Positions 1-12,205 of a stretch of DNA of 64,000 bases are shown here, piece after piece. Origin of the DNA: Squalus acanthias. Taxonomy: Eukaryota. The position numbers and the translations under genes are program-made. Each line of letters begins with the position of its first letter. The stretch's first letter is position 1. Below the pieces are notes generated by a model that made no database searches, was not told the origin of the DNA, and was given only the letters and a program-made list of their open reading frames with translations. The stretch is from the NCBI GenBank assembly GCA_030390025.1, contig CM059438.1:67830001-67894000 (forward strand), given 5' to 3'.

Positions 1-592
1 AGCAACAGTGATGTCATCAAGCAGGCTAAGCAGCCAATCACATTGAAGAATTCTAACAGACAGCAAACCAGGAAGTAAAATGCACAGATTATAATTTACT
101 TTTTATAAATTTTACAGAGAGTGAAATAAAGTTTGGGGCATACACATAGGATTAAGGAAGAAGTTGAAATATCATAAAGTTTTCAAAACATGTCATTCTT
201 ATCATATTAATGGAAAAAATTGACATTCCGCAAATACAAAATTAGTTTTTCAGGGCCAGAATGTTTGTTCAGCAGTCAATTCGCTGTTAAAAACCAAGTT
301 ACACCTCTTTCAACAAGGCTTAACTGTTTCAGGGGGTTTTAACAGTGATAGTCCAGCATAATAGGGGAAGATTTCATCAGGAACTACAGTTCAGCGTGAT
401 TTGAATTGATTGCGGGCTCCGGGGAGTTCCACAGCACCACCTGTGGTGAAGCGTAGAATCACTGACAGCAACTTCTGGATTACCGCATTTATCTGCGCAT
501 GCGCTGAGTCCAGAAGTTGCTGTCAGTTTCAGAGGAGTAATGCTAGTGAACGTTGACATTTTCGCCGTCATTACCACCACAAAATCCAGGCC
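1..592 (-). mobile_element. Non-autonomous DNA transposon (MITE family B), truncated by window start
   Basis: Reverse complement begins GGCCTGGATTTTGTGGTGGTAATGACGG and aligns by eye with copies at 10510-11313 and 12993-14651. Internal 18-bp inverted repeat CTGACAGCAACTTCTGGA/TCCAGAAGTTGCTGTCAG at 462-526. Confidence 0.8.
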
Positions 593-3167
593 ATTTTCTT
601 TGTTATCTTTCATTTTTTCAGTTCAAAGTAAAGAGGAGGTATATTTGGAGCCCATGTCAAGGTTTCTAAAATGAATCACTGCTTTCCCAGGATGCTGACG
701 AGATGGTGCCAGTAGAGCAATCCATGAACATCTGCTCAACTTCGTACTATGGCCTTAGTGCAAGCTATAAGTGTAATACCAAAACGAATGATCAAACCTT
801 CAGCACAGTTTATACTTTTGAAACTGTGGGTACAACACCGAGATTTTTCTGTTGGTTGTTGTTTTTTACTTTTGTTTCCGGCGGCTCAGTCTTGCAATAG
901 TTCCACTGAACTGATGAGCATTGGTCACTCATGCTCTAAGATAACAAATACACAAACCAAAGTCTTCAACAGGACCAAGCAGTTGAACTTTTTCCTGGTT
1001 CAGTTACACTTCCAGGACTTGGAAATAGCTTGTTTACCAAATCTTAAAGGTACATTCCCCACAAAATCCCACTCAGGAATGCTCAAGAATGTACTGGGCA
1101 AGGGAGATATGAAACCATTACTTGGCGAGCAACTCCTTGAGATGGTAGGGTCTGCAACCCCTGGTAGTTCAGTCGCAGGTGATATATAGACTCTGATGAC
1201 CGCGCAAGGGATACGGGGTAGGTGTATATATGAGGAGGTCTATGAGCTTGTTCAAGCACAGTATGCCATATGGTATTCACCAAGAATGGCTTAGGATCAG
1301 TTTCACAATTGTGAATGAAAGCCATCTCTGGTGCAAACTCCAACCATGTTTGAAATAAACTTTTGTCTAACACAATTCTGTGGAAAAAATAGCATAGCTA
1401 TTTGCCAGAAAAAAGTTCTACATTTGTTCTATGATCCAAAATACACCAAATGAGCATAAAGTCGTTAACACTATTGATAATCAAAAGTTACAACGGGCTT
1501 TCTTAACTCGGAGGGATTTAAAATATGAGGAACTATGAAATTGTTTTCTTAAATGTGAGGGCATTTTTCTGTAATTTAAATGTTTTAGTTTGCCCAAGAA
1601 GTATACTCTATTGGTGTTTGCTATGAATACCTGATCTGTAACATTTCTTTTGGATGACGAAAATTTACCAAGAAATGCTTTTCCTTTCCCCAAACTTCAT
1701 GGATTGAGAAGAGAATGTTAGGCTGTGAGGCGGAAGAAACTAAACAATGGACCGTCAATTATCTAACCCCTTGGGAAGTAAAGAATTTATTCAATTAATC
1801 AACATAGCATAGTTTCCATTTACAATTCAAACCTTGAGGTTTGATAGATGCTTGGATAATTGGAAATTGTCTGTATAATTAAAACCAGCTTTCAAATCTT
1901 GAGCAAAAAATGAGCATTTCAAATAGAATTGTGTGAATTTAACAAAATCCCTAGAGCAAAATGGTTGAAACACGTGTTATTGTTCATTCAATTTGGCATT
2001 TTTAGATAGTGTCATTAATGGGAGTCTGTTAACTACAAAAGCAGAAAGGACATGCTTGACATGTTCCTCGGGGGAGACTGGAGATTTGAAAATTGAAGGC
2101 ATTAGACAAGATGTAATCATGATAAAATTAACAATGTTGCATGAAATATGACATTGTAAGGAGGCGGAGGAATACTGAAGGAAATTTCAAGGCCAGTTTC
2201 TTTGAGAAACGGGCAGAGCCAAGGCTTGTCTCAGCAGGTCCAAGAACTTATGAATGATCTCTTCACTGTTGCATCAAAGACTGCCATTTCCGCATAACAG
2301 TGTTTCTAGTTTATTTGCCCATATATTGTAGAGACAATAGATGAGCCAAAAGTCACTGGATTATCTGATACTTAGCACCTTTGACAATCTGATTTGATAG
2401 ATACTGATTCCTGATGCTGTGTAGGAATCTACTTATAAAACGGGAGACTGATACTTCTTTGTGCTTCTGTAAGCTCTCTGACAGCTATTCAACTGTGAAA
2501 TCTATGTGATACAAGACTATTAGCTACAAGAGCAAAGGCTGACATTGTCCGCTTGAGAAAGCTCACTATGTCATTTTGTTATCAATATTAATTTCTTGGA
2601 TTCCTATGCACCATTAGGAATCGGCACCTATCAAACTAGATTGTTCAGTTTTCATTAACGATGTGCAGCATAGCCTTTCAAATATTTTTTCATACGATTA
2701 TGGTCTTCATTTGTGACATACTATTCAACAATCTTACTAAAAGCAACATTAGCCACACTGTTAAATTGAACACAGTTAATACTATGTTCTAATTTTGAAA
2801 CAAGTTATTGTTTATAATTTTGCAACCAAATTATTCTCTTTATGATAAAGTTACAATTTATCTTTGACTGTGTAATATAGAAATTATAAGTTAATCAAAC
2901 CATGTTCTGTTCGGTCCTTGACACTTTGGGGTGAGTCAAGAGTTAAAATGAGTCCTTATAATTGAGTTGGTTTACGTAGGATCAGAGGTATAACTACATG
3001 TCATAGGCCTTTATTCAGGGTAGCTTTTAAGTTCAGCTATTTGAAACAGTTCACCGTTGCTTTGTTTCTAGGTTGGGCATGTGTGGAGCCATCTCTGGTT
3101 GCTACTCATACCTGATGCTGATTTTTCAGTTTGGAACCTCATTCTTTGCTTCAAGGGGGAACACCAA

Positions 3168-4003
3168 GGGGGAAAAATTGCATATCGCCCATTTTGGGGC
3201 GCTAATATCGGCCGGGCACAAAGTTTAGCGCCCGGTGCTAATTATCGCCGCCGACTGCAAAATTCGCCTCTATCGCCCCTGGAGGTGATTTGAGCACTAA
3301 ATCAGGCACTACACACGTCTGTTAAGGCTCAAACATCGGGGAGTGAGGCGTTACTTCAGAACGCTACCAAAGCTCAGGCGATGTCAGTAACCATGGAAGC
3401 CAGACAGACTGGCGCCATCCAGTTCTTAAAGGGGAGGGGCCATCTTGCTGGCCAGCCACACCCTACTCATTGCAGCCTTGAATCTCGGCCTGGAGAGGCC
3501 TCTAAAGCAATTGTGTTGGAAGCACTAATGGATAGGCCCGGGGAAAGAGCTCGGCGCTTAGGAACCTCAAAAGTGGTGCTGAGGGGCAAAACTCCTTCGG
3601 ACAGCGTTAAATCTCTCCAGATGTCTCTCTCCCTCTCAACGTGCGTGTACCAAAAATTTTGCCGACAAGAAAAGGCAGGAAGCGCCCGCCTTTAAATAGC
3701 GCTCCCCCTGCCCCTTCCCGACCTGAAAACGTTCCCCTCTACCTGTTGTTCCTAGCGGCAGGCGCTAAGGCAGGGGGCGCAACTCAATATCCAGTCTGGG
3801 ACGCTACACGCTTGACTGACGTCACGATCTGCGGGCGCAAGAGATCATGGCGGTAGTGTTTAGCGCCACCGCAGAACAACTGGTCAATTTCACGAGCGGC
3901 GCTAAAATCGCTGCGCTCAGGCGCTAAGTTCCTAGCGCCCCGTTAGCGCCCCCCCCCCCCCAAGGCGCTAGTGGGAGGCACTAACCAATCGAATTTTTCC
4001 TCC
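3168..4003 (+). mobile_element. GC-rich MITE family A (PIF/Harbinger-like)
   Basis: TIRs GGGGGAAAAATT / AATTTTTCCTCC; flanks CAA/CGA (3-bp TSD with one change); many GCGCTA/TAGCGC subrepeats; full-length inverted paralogue at 24234-25128. Confidence 0.8.
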
Positions 4004-5831
4004 CGAGACTCATGATAAGTCTGAAATTTCTGCATGATGCACGCAGTTTGATCCCAGAACAAGTGAGAACCCGTAGTCAGGAGCTGTACTCAGGGCAATA
4101 AGGAGCACATCGAGGCAGGGTGTCTCTATGAATGGAAAGGTTGTGGGTTGTAAGGGAAGATTGACTCTCTGAATTGGTGGGGAGATGGCTAGGTGGTGAT
4201 GGCGCCTCTTTGAAGATGAGAGAGTGATTGTTGAAATACTCTTTGGGGAAGTTTGTTTGTTGAATATGGATAAACCCAAATGCCACTCTTTTTTAGATGA
4301 ATAAATATCAATTGATAAGATTAAAATAAAAGTTTGAAATAAACTGGAATTCACTATTTTATGTGAAAATTGAACATTTTCCAGGGAATCTTGCCGCATA
4401 TTCCCCAGAAAATGTATGCGCCTGGCGGGTGGAGGAGGGCCCAGCATTTGGAAGAAGTAAATTTGTTGCCTTTAATCCCTTTGTACATTGACTTGAGAAC
4501 CAAATTAAACATCACACACAAGAACACAAGAAACAAAGCTAAATATCCTGTGATTTCCCCAGTTGTGAGTTCTCACACTCAACCCATCTCTGGGAGTTAC
4601 TGAATGCAGTTGAAGTACTTCACTTCAGGGAAGATGGAGGGAAATGAGAAGTTAATCTTTTATCACTTCCATGCTGAGGCCTGGGAACAAGGGTAGCTTC
4701 TTTACATAGTCAGGGGAAGAAAGACCTTAGAAAATAGGGATTTTTTTTTTCCCAGCATCAAAAAGCAAACATTGATCTTCAGCCTTCAATCTATTCTGGG
4801 GAAACATCCATCGAATTTAAAAGTTTTAAAGTTGAATTTCTCGCACACTTTCACAGTCTGTTGTTTATTGATCATATGAAGATGGAACACTGCAAGCTTA
4901 AATCATTTTTTTCTCTACAGGCCTATTTTGTGTTCACATTACAAGGTAATTAGTAAACTGCATTCATCTCACTCAAAAAAACTGGACATTTTAGAAAAAC
5001 TTAATTTTGGAGCATTTTCGTAAGAAAAATACAGGCAACAAAATGATCTGTGATTTGAAATGTTTGTTCTTGTAAGTCTTGTAAAGGTTGAATATTGGTT
5101 TGCAGTGAAATAGTTTTCTATTGAAATGCGGTTCAATGGAACATTTAATTTTCAGTCTCGCCATCGGAAATGCTTTTCCAATAGAATGTCTTCCTTTTTT
5201 TTAATTCATTGTGGCCAATTTTCAAGTGCGCTGTGCCAAGAGGGCAAGAGAATCATGAAGCTGGGCGAGTGGGCTCGAGAGGCTATTTCTCGCTGGGTTG
5301 CAATTCTGCATTTTGTGCGCTTGGGTATTTGTATCCACGTCATGCCCTGTCCTCATTAAGGCTCCAGATTTTGTGCAAATATATTTAAATGAGTACCCAG
5401 CACGGATTTACAGGATTTGTGCTGGGTTTGTTCTTTGTTCCTAGCATGCCTATTTGTAACGGGACCAGGGAAGCTTCATGGCGAAGGTGTTCATAAAGTG
5501 GCAAAGGTTTTCGCATTTTTTTTGGTTCTTTGTGCAGAAAGTTATCCCTTTAAATTTGCCCACTAGTTCATAATGGCAACTAGGTTGCACCAGATATGCT
5601 GTCCCTTCATCAATGCGTTCCCTGTACTTAGGCTAATATGCACATTATAATCATTTAAATTAGCTGAACTCTCAAACGTATGAGGTCAGGTTTCTGTTCT
5701 AGTGATGCACAGGTGCCTGAAAAGCAATGGTTCCATTGCTAGTAGGACGGGATACCAAAATTGAGCCCCTTATTTTCTTTAGAGAGCATAACTAGTTTGT
5801 GGGCAGCACTGGAAGTAAAAAATATAAGATT

Positions 5832-6670
5832 ACATAAGACGTAGGAGCAGGAGTAGGTCATTTGGCCCCTCGAGCCTGCTCCGCTATTCAATAAGATCAT
5901 GGCTGATTTGATCTTGGCCTCAACTCCACTTCCCTGCCCGCTCCCCATAACCCTTGACTCCCTTACCTTTCAAAAATCTGTCTATCTCCGCCTTAAATAT
6001 ATTCAATGACCCAGCCTCCACAGCTCTCTGGGGAAGAGAATTCCAAAGATTCACGACCCTCTGAGAGAAGAAATTCCACCTCATTTTTGATTTAAAAGGG
6101 TGCCCCCTTATTTCTGAAATTATGCCCCCTAGTTCTAGATTCCCCCACCAGGGGAAACATCCTCTCTGCATCTACCCTGTCAAGCCTCTACAGAATCTTA
6201 TATGTTTCAATAAGATCCCCTCTTATTCTTCTAAACTCCAATGAGTATAGGCCCAACCTGCTCAACCTTTCTTCATAAGACAACCCCTTCATCTCTGGAA
6301 TCAACCTCGTGAACCTTCTCTGAACTGCCTCCAATGCAAGTATATCCTTCCTTAAATAAGGAGACCAAAACTGTACACAGTACTCCAGGTGTGCTCTCAC
6401 CAACGCCCTGTACAGTTGTAACAGGACTTCCCTGCTTTTATACTCCATTTCCTTTGCAATAAAGGTCAACATTCCATTTGCCTTCCTAATTACTTACTGT
6501 ACCTGCATGCTAACTTTTTGTGATTCATGTACAAGGACCCCCAGATCCCTCTGTACCGCAGCATTTTGTAATCTCTCTCCATTTAAATAATAATTTACTT
6601 TTTTTATTTTTCCTACCAAAGTGGATAACCCACATTAAACTCCATCTGCCAGATTTTTACCCACTCACTT
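5832..6670 (-). mobile_element. CR1 LINE, 3' part (ORF2 C-terminus and 3' UTR), decayed
   Basis: Minus-strand peptides LYRALVRAHLEYCVQFWSPYLRKDILALEAVQRRFTRLIP and FFSQRVVNLWNSLP are typical CR1 ORF2 C-terminal motifs; CR1-type 3' tail near 5832. Confidence 0.92.
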
Positions 6671-8106
6671 TGTAATGGAATAAGCCATGTTCCAAGAAAT
6701 ACATCATCCTATGAACAGATTTTGATATTATTAATACAAAACATACTGAGTTTAAAAGTCTGGAAAGCCTTGGCGACACAGGCTGCAAACACAGTACAGG
6801 CTTCTGAGATAAGCTGAAGTGTACACAAAAGCTGTAAAACACCACAAGCTTTGAAATGGGAGATGGTTGTAAACACAAAAATTGAAGAAAACCATTGGCG
6901 CTTCCAGAAGGTCTGGAGTTTGGGAGAAACACAATGGAATGACCCAAGTAAAGTGTTAAAATCTAACACTTCGAACAAGAAATACAGAACATTAAAACAA
7001 CCACATGCCTTCATAAAGTAACATCAAATAAGACAGGAAACACAATTAAATATGCAACCAATTGAGATAGCAAGAAAACAAGTAAACACCCTAAGAGAAG
7101 TGGTTTTGATTTACATATTGTAAAAGATACCGACAGAGAGGCTTTGAAAGTATAATATCAAAAGATGACACCAAGCAATTACATTGTGTTTGTATTGAAC
7201 TTGGAACACCACGGAGTCACGATGTCTGGCTTACAAGCAGTTAAGTGATATTAAGAATTCAATAGAAAGACTTCCTAAGAATAGCATCAATAGATAAATC
7301 TGTAATAACCATTTTATGATAGTTTTTGAAACACCTAAAGGTAGAGACAGAATTCTAAAAGTTGGCAGCTGAAATGACAGTAAGAATAGAAAAGAATTCA
7401 ATAGAGTATCACTAGAGATAATTAGCTTACCTCAGCAGGAAACTTCAAAGAAAATACCACTAAAAAAAGGTATAAAAATAGAGCTTTTCAGATAGAGAGT
7501 CAGAAGTCGCTGGGAAGGGGCAGAGTGATTCTCGCCTTCAGAACCACTCTGTAGGCCTACAACTCTGAGTCTCGGGTAATCAAAGTGTTTGATTTTGGTG
7601 GATATTCTGGATTAAGAAATAAGTAGAAGTCTGGAAATGTAACAAAGTTAAGATTTGAGAATAAGGATCGCTGATAAGAAATATAAGCTATTTGTATTTT
7701 GAACGGTTAAAGTTGCAATTGCCATACCAGCTGTTAACTAAATGTTGGTTCTTTAATAAATCTATATATTTTTAAAATTGTCTCAAAGAGTATTTCTGTA
7801 TCAATCTCGCGAACTCAATTTCTGTACACTCTTCAGTGAGGAGTTGCAGAAATCGGGGGGGTTTTCCGGACCCTCATAATATCCGGAAGGTTACAGTCTA
7901 GTTAAACTTATTAAAAGGGCTATCCGGAGGACGGTAACATCTTCAGGCCGTTCCTTTCCTTTAGGGAGAGATAGTCTGAACCTTTAGACCCAATTAAGCG
8001 TCTCTAGGATTCGGCTACCGCTAACTTTAGTTAAAGGTGAACGTCTGGGGAATACGCCTGATCTGGGGTAGCCCAAAAAGGGCTAGGACTTGTAATTATC
8101 CCTTCA
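6671..8106 (+). mobile_element. Solo LTR (1,436 bp) of an ERV or LTR retrotransposon, foamy-like architecture
   Basis: Starts TGTAAT, ends CTTCA, flanked by an exact 4-bp duplication ACTT (6667-6670, 8107-8110) and cleanly interrupts a CR1. TATAAAA at 7471, AATAAA at 7755. The LTR call is well supported; the foamy-like lineage is inference. Confidence 0.85.
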
Positions 8107-8821
8107 ACTTAGCCTATCTATATCCCTTTGGAGATTTTTTGTGTCCTCCACACAATTTGCTTTCCCACCTATCTTTGTATCATCAGCAAATTTGGCTACA
8201 TTACACTCAGTCCCTTCATCCAAGTCATTAATATAGATTGTAAATAGTTGAGGCCCATGCACTGATCCCTGTGGCACCCTACTAGTTACAGTTTGCCAAC
8301 CTGAAAATGATCCATTTATCCCGACTCTCTGTTTTCTGTCAGTTAGCCAATCCTCTATCCATGCTAATATATTACCCCCAACCCCATGAACTCTTATCTT
8401 TTGTAGTAACCCTTTATGTGGCACCTTATCGAATGCCTTCTGGAAATCCAAATACACAACATCTACTGGTTCCCCTTTATCCACCCTGCTCATTACATCC
8501 TCAAAGAATTCCAGCAAATTTGTCAAACATGATTTCCCTTTCATAAAACCATGCTGACTCTGCTTGACTATATTATGATTTTCTAAATGTCCTGCTACCA
8601 CTTCCTTAATGATGGACTCCAGCATTTTCCCAACGACAGATGTTAGGCTAACTGGTCGATAATTGTCTGCTTTCTGTCTCCCTCCTTTCTTAAATAGGGG
8701 CGTTACTTTTGCAGTTTTCCAGTCTGCTGGGACCTCTCCAGATTCCAGGGAATTTTGGTAGATTACAACCAATGCATCCACTATCTCTGCAGCCACCTCT
8801 TTTAAGACTCTCGGATGCAGG
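8107..8821 (-). mobile_element. CR1 LINE reverse transcriptase domain (continuation of 5832-6670), 5'-truncated
   Basis: ORF 8104-8796: PADWKTAKVTPLFKKG, YRPVSLTSVVGKMLE, QHGFMKGKSCLTNL, YLDFQKAFDKVPH, VPQGSV.GP.LF.IYINDL and FADDTK are non-LTR RT motifs. Confidence 0.95.
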
Positions 8822-9246
8822 ATTATAATACACTGTTAATTTTTTTAACTTTTTCGTAAGAATGTCAATTTTATTGTTGGCATGGACAACTTCACCTTAG
8901 GTCTCCACCCCTCCTAGGCCGCTCAGGTGAAGCCAACAACAGAAAGCAGTCCTGCATGTCCTGTTGTGGCTCAGTAGGAAGAGCAACTTCAAACCACTCT
9001 GATATCATCTCCAGGGCCCCCTGTCCCTGCAAAGCCTGGAAAGGATGCGGGATACAAGCCTGAAGCTGCCTTGTATCATGTGTTCTTCAACTGTCAAATT
9101 CCAATCATCACGATTTATCCAAAACTCAACTTAGCTTGGTTAAGGCTACCTTATTTGTTTCATCCCTCTCTTTGGTGCCACAATTCCACTTTTTCCCTCA
9201 CAAACTTTTTCTCATAAGAACAGAAAAATCTGTTTCCAAAGGCATA

Positions 9247-10010
9247 GGCCCTGAAATTCGCCTCTCCGGCTTGCCGCGGGGGTAAGGATCGCGCGCGCAC
9301 TTACCTACCGCGCCTGCCGTTGTGTTTTGGGCCCACGGGAACTTCAGCTCCTGGGCCTGCTCCAAGTGCCAGCGCGCAGTGCGTGCGTGTCCTAGGGGCG
9401 CAGTTAGTGCGATGCGTCCCCTGGGATCACGTGGGCCATGGAGAGCCAATGGCAGCAGACCATCTTTCATTCATAGATTGACAGGAAGACCTGTCAAATC
9501 TATGAATTGAAATCGGCCCCAAAAGAACAGCTAAACTTAAAATATTTTTTTTTTAAAAACCATCACATTTATAAAATAACTATAGTTAAATAAATTAACC
9601 ACTTTAAACAAAAATTTAAATTTTTGAAAAAATTAAAATACTTTTTAACAGTGCTAAAAATAAACTTACCTTTCTTTAAAGTATCTGAAAAAGATAAACC
9701 TGTTGAAATTTTTTTAAATTATACTTAATTAACCACTTACCTTGTTGAAAACGGGTCTTGCGCCTCCTTTTTAAAAGCGCAGCTTCTTCAATACTTACCC
9801 TCCCGGAGAAACCTGAAAAAAAACCTAAGTTTGCTGCGTGCGCGCAGCCTCTCCCGCGCACGCGGTTCACCTATGAACCGCCCCCTTCACCAGACCGGAA
9901 GTTCCGGTTTCCCGCGCATGCGCAGTGCATGCAGGAAACCGACACTTCGGGACGCCTTATGGGTGAGTACGCACTGTGTACTCACCCGGGAAGGGCCGAA
10001 TTTTTGGCCC
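9247..10010. mobile_element. MITE (Harbinger-like) with internal palindromes
   Basis: Imperfect TIRs GGCCCTGAAATTCG / CGAATTTTTGGCCC; flanks ATA/AAA; GC-rich ends and AT-rich core; internal hairpin TTCATAGATTGACAGG-aaga-CCTGTCAAATCTATGAA. Confidence 0.72.
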
Positions 10011-10104
10011 AAAGTTTCAATCATGCATCAACCTCTCAATTTGAATTATGCTCTTACACTTTTAAAGTAAAAAGTTCGATAGATTATTGTCAGGCAAGTG
10101 TATA

Positions 10105-10196
10105 AAGATATGGAGTTGGGGTTGTGATCAGCCATGATCTAATTGAATGGTGGTGGAACAGGCTTGAGGGGCTGAATGGCCTACTTCTGTTCCTAA
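10105..10196 (+). mobile_element. Short CR1 3'-tail fragment
   Basis: GATCAGCCATGATCTAATTGAATGG...AGGCTTGAGGGGCTGAATGGCCTACTTCTGTTCCTA matches the reverse complement of the CR1 tails at 5840-5910 and 26120-26190. Confidence 0.75.
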
Positions 10197-10240
10197 GTAG
10201 CCTTAATTCACTTGTAGACATAACTATTTGAAGAAAAATA

Positions 10241-10426
10241 GAGAGTAAAATTTGTCTTCGGGCAAAAGCGTGTAATGGGCGATAGTGATTTGGCAGTCTG
10301 TTTTACACCGTGCCTGATATTCATTCCCATTGATATCAATGGTAAAGAAAGTTAGTTGTGGTGTAAATCCGGCTGCCTTTTCGCTATCTCCTGTTTCGCG
10401 CTTTCGACAATAACCAATTTCTCCCC
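10241..10426. mobile_element. Small (~186 bp) palindromic MITE
   Basis: Imperfect foldback centred on CCATTGATATCAATGG; ends GAGAGTAAAATT / AATTTCTCCCC; flanked by ATA/ATA. Confidence 0.65.
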
Positions 10427-10509
10427 ATAAGAGTCTGAATGAGAATTGAAGCTAAGATTTTAACTTGGCCGCTTTGAATGGGAATCCAGTACCACTGCTA
10501 TTATATATT

Positions 10510-11313
10510 GGCCTGGATTTTGCAGTGGGTAATGACGGTGAACTGTCAGCGTTCGGTGTCATTACCCCTCTGAATCTAACTAACATCAGGATTTAGCGCA
10601 TGCGCATCTAAATACGGAAACCTGAAGTTGCGGTCAGCCGTTCACTGTTCCAACACAGGCTGCGCTGTGGACCTCCCCACCACCCCCCTCCCCGCCAGCC
10701 CCCCCCCCCCACCCCAGCCACCCCAGCTGGCAATCAGTGAAATCATGTGAAATCAGTGCAACTGACGAAAACTTGAGCTTTTCCGCGCTAATATCGCTGT
10801 TAAACACCCCATTAAATGTTCAGTCTTGTTGGAATAGCTGAAACTGGGTTTTAACAGCGTATTGAATGATAAACAACTGTTCTGGCCCTGAAAAACTATT
10901 TTTCATATTTGTGGAATGTCAAATATCTCCATTATGACAAGAATTACAATTTTTAAAAATTGGGGTTTTTTTAAAGTTTGTTCATGATATTTCAGCTTCT
11001 ACCTTAACCCCATGTGTATGTCCCAATCTTTAATTTTTTTCTCTGTAACATTTTTAAAAAGTGCAGATAATCAGTGCTTTTCATTTCCTGGTTTGCTGTC
11101 TGTGAGAATTCTTCAACGTGATTGGCTGCTTAGACAGCTTAATGACATCACTGCTGCATCGCACTAGGAATCAACTATTGACAGCGCTACAATCAATTAC
11201 ACATCGGGAAACCTAAAGTTTTCACCACTGTGAGCTCACGATTTCTGTGGACAGCTTTCTTCGAGGTCAGCGGCGATCACTGTCGCTTCGCCGCTGACTG
11301 GAAAATACGGTCC
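10510..11313 (+). mobile_element. MITE family B, full length (~800 bp)
   Basis: TIRs GGCCTGGATTTT / AAAATACGGTCC; colinear with 1-592 (inverted) and 12993-14651. Confidence 0.8.
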
Positions 11314-11549
11314 AATGAATGTGCAGAATTTCTTTGTGAAGCAACAAAATCAAATCTTTTTGCACAGGAATAGTATTGAACTTTGGAAAGGATTTTAAAT
11401 ACAAACAATGGCCAAAGCTTCAGCTTGCATTTCTTTCTCTCTTCGAATTTCCTCAAGATCGTCCACCATAACTTTGGGGGAAGATCCATGAAAACACCGA
11501 AGAAATTACATAAATGGACAATGGGGAGAACCGGTGTGGTAACTCAACC

Positions 11550-12205
11550 CCATAGAACGCAAGGTAAAATTCAATGCCATTTGAGCCAGCATGTTTGCAC
11601 AGTGCCAACCTTTCTACTGGAGCTATATATACTAATCCCGTTTTTCTGCCTTTTCCCCGTATCCTTTTACATTCTTCCTTTTCAAATATTTATCCAGTTC
11701 CATATTAATTGACGTTACAGCCTTTGCCTTAATAGCCACTTATGTTGAAGCGTTCCATATTCTAATAAAACTCTAAAAAACGTTCCTTCCAACTTCCCTC
11801 TTTGTTATTCTCATGATAATCCTCATTTTATATCTTTTGCTTCCACTGCTTGGCAAAGAAGCAACAAATCTTCTCAAAGCCTTTCATAATTTTCAAAGCC
11901 TCTATTAAATTAAATTAACCTTCTCTGTTCCACTGAAAAAGCCCCAATTTGTCAAGCCGCTCTTGATAACCATAATCCCTCATTCCTGGCATCATTCAAG
12001 TGAATCTTTACTGTACTCATTCCATAGCTCTATTAAATTTCCTATAATGTGCCCAGACTGCATGTAATATTTCAACTTTGACGCAGATAATGTCTTGTAC
12101 AAATTAGCATCATTTCCTTCCTTTTTAAATTCAGTGTCCAAAAGTATGATACCCAGAATCCTATTGCTTCTCAGAGACTTTTCTATATGCGCTCCCATCT
12201 TCAAA
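11550..12205 (-). mobile_element. Old, degraded CR1 3' fragment
   Basis: Minus peptide NLYKTLSASKLKYYMQ.G is a degenerate form of the CR1 LYRALVRPHLEYCVQFW motif; tail-like CATAGAA near 11551. Confidence 0.5.

Noticed and set aside
749..1189. 146-aa plus-strand ORF
   Set aside because: No recognisable domain or supporting gene structure; compatible with chance.
4010..4603. Overlapping 60-145 aa ORFs
   Set aside because: No recognisable homology or consistent splice signals.
8104..8796. 230-aa RT ORF as a functional or domesticated gene
   Set aside because: It is a 5'-truncated CR1 fragment interrupted by an LTR, with frameshifts downstream.
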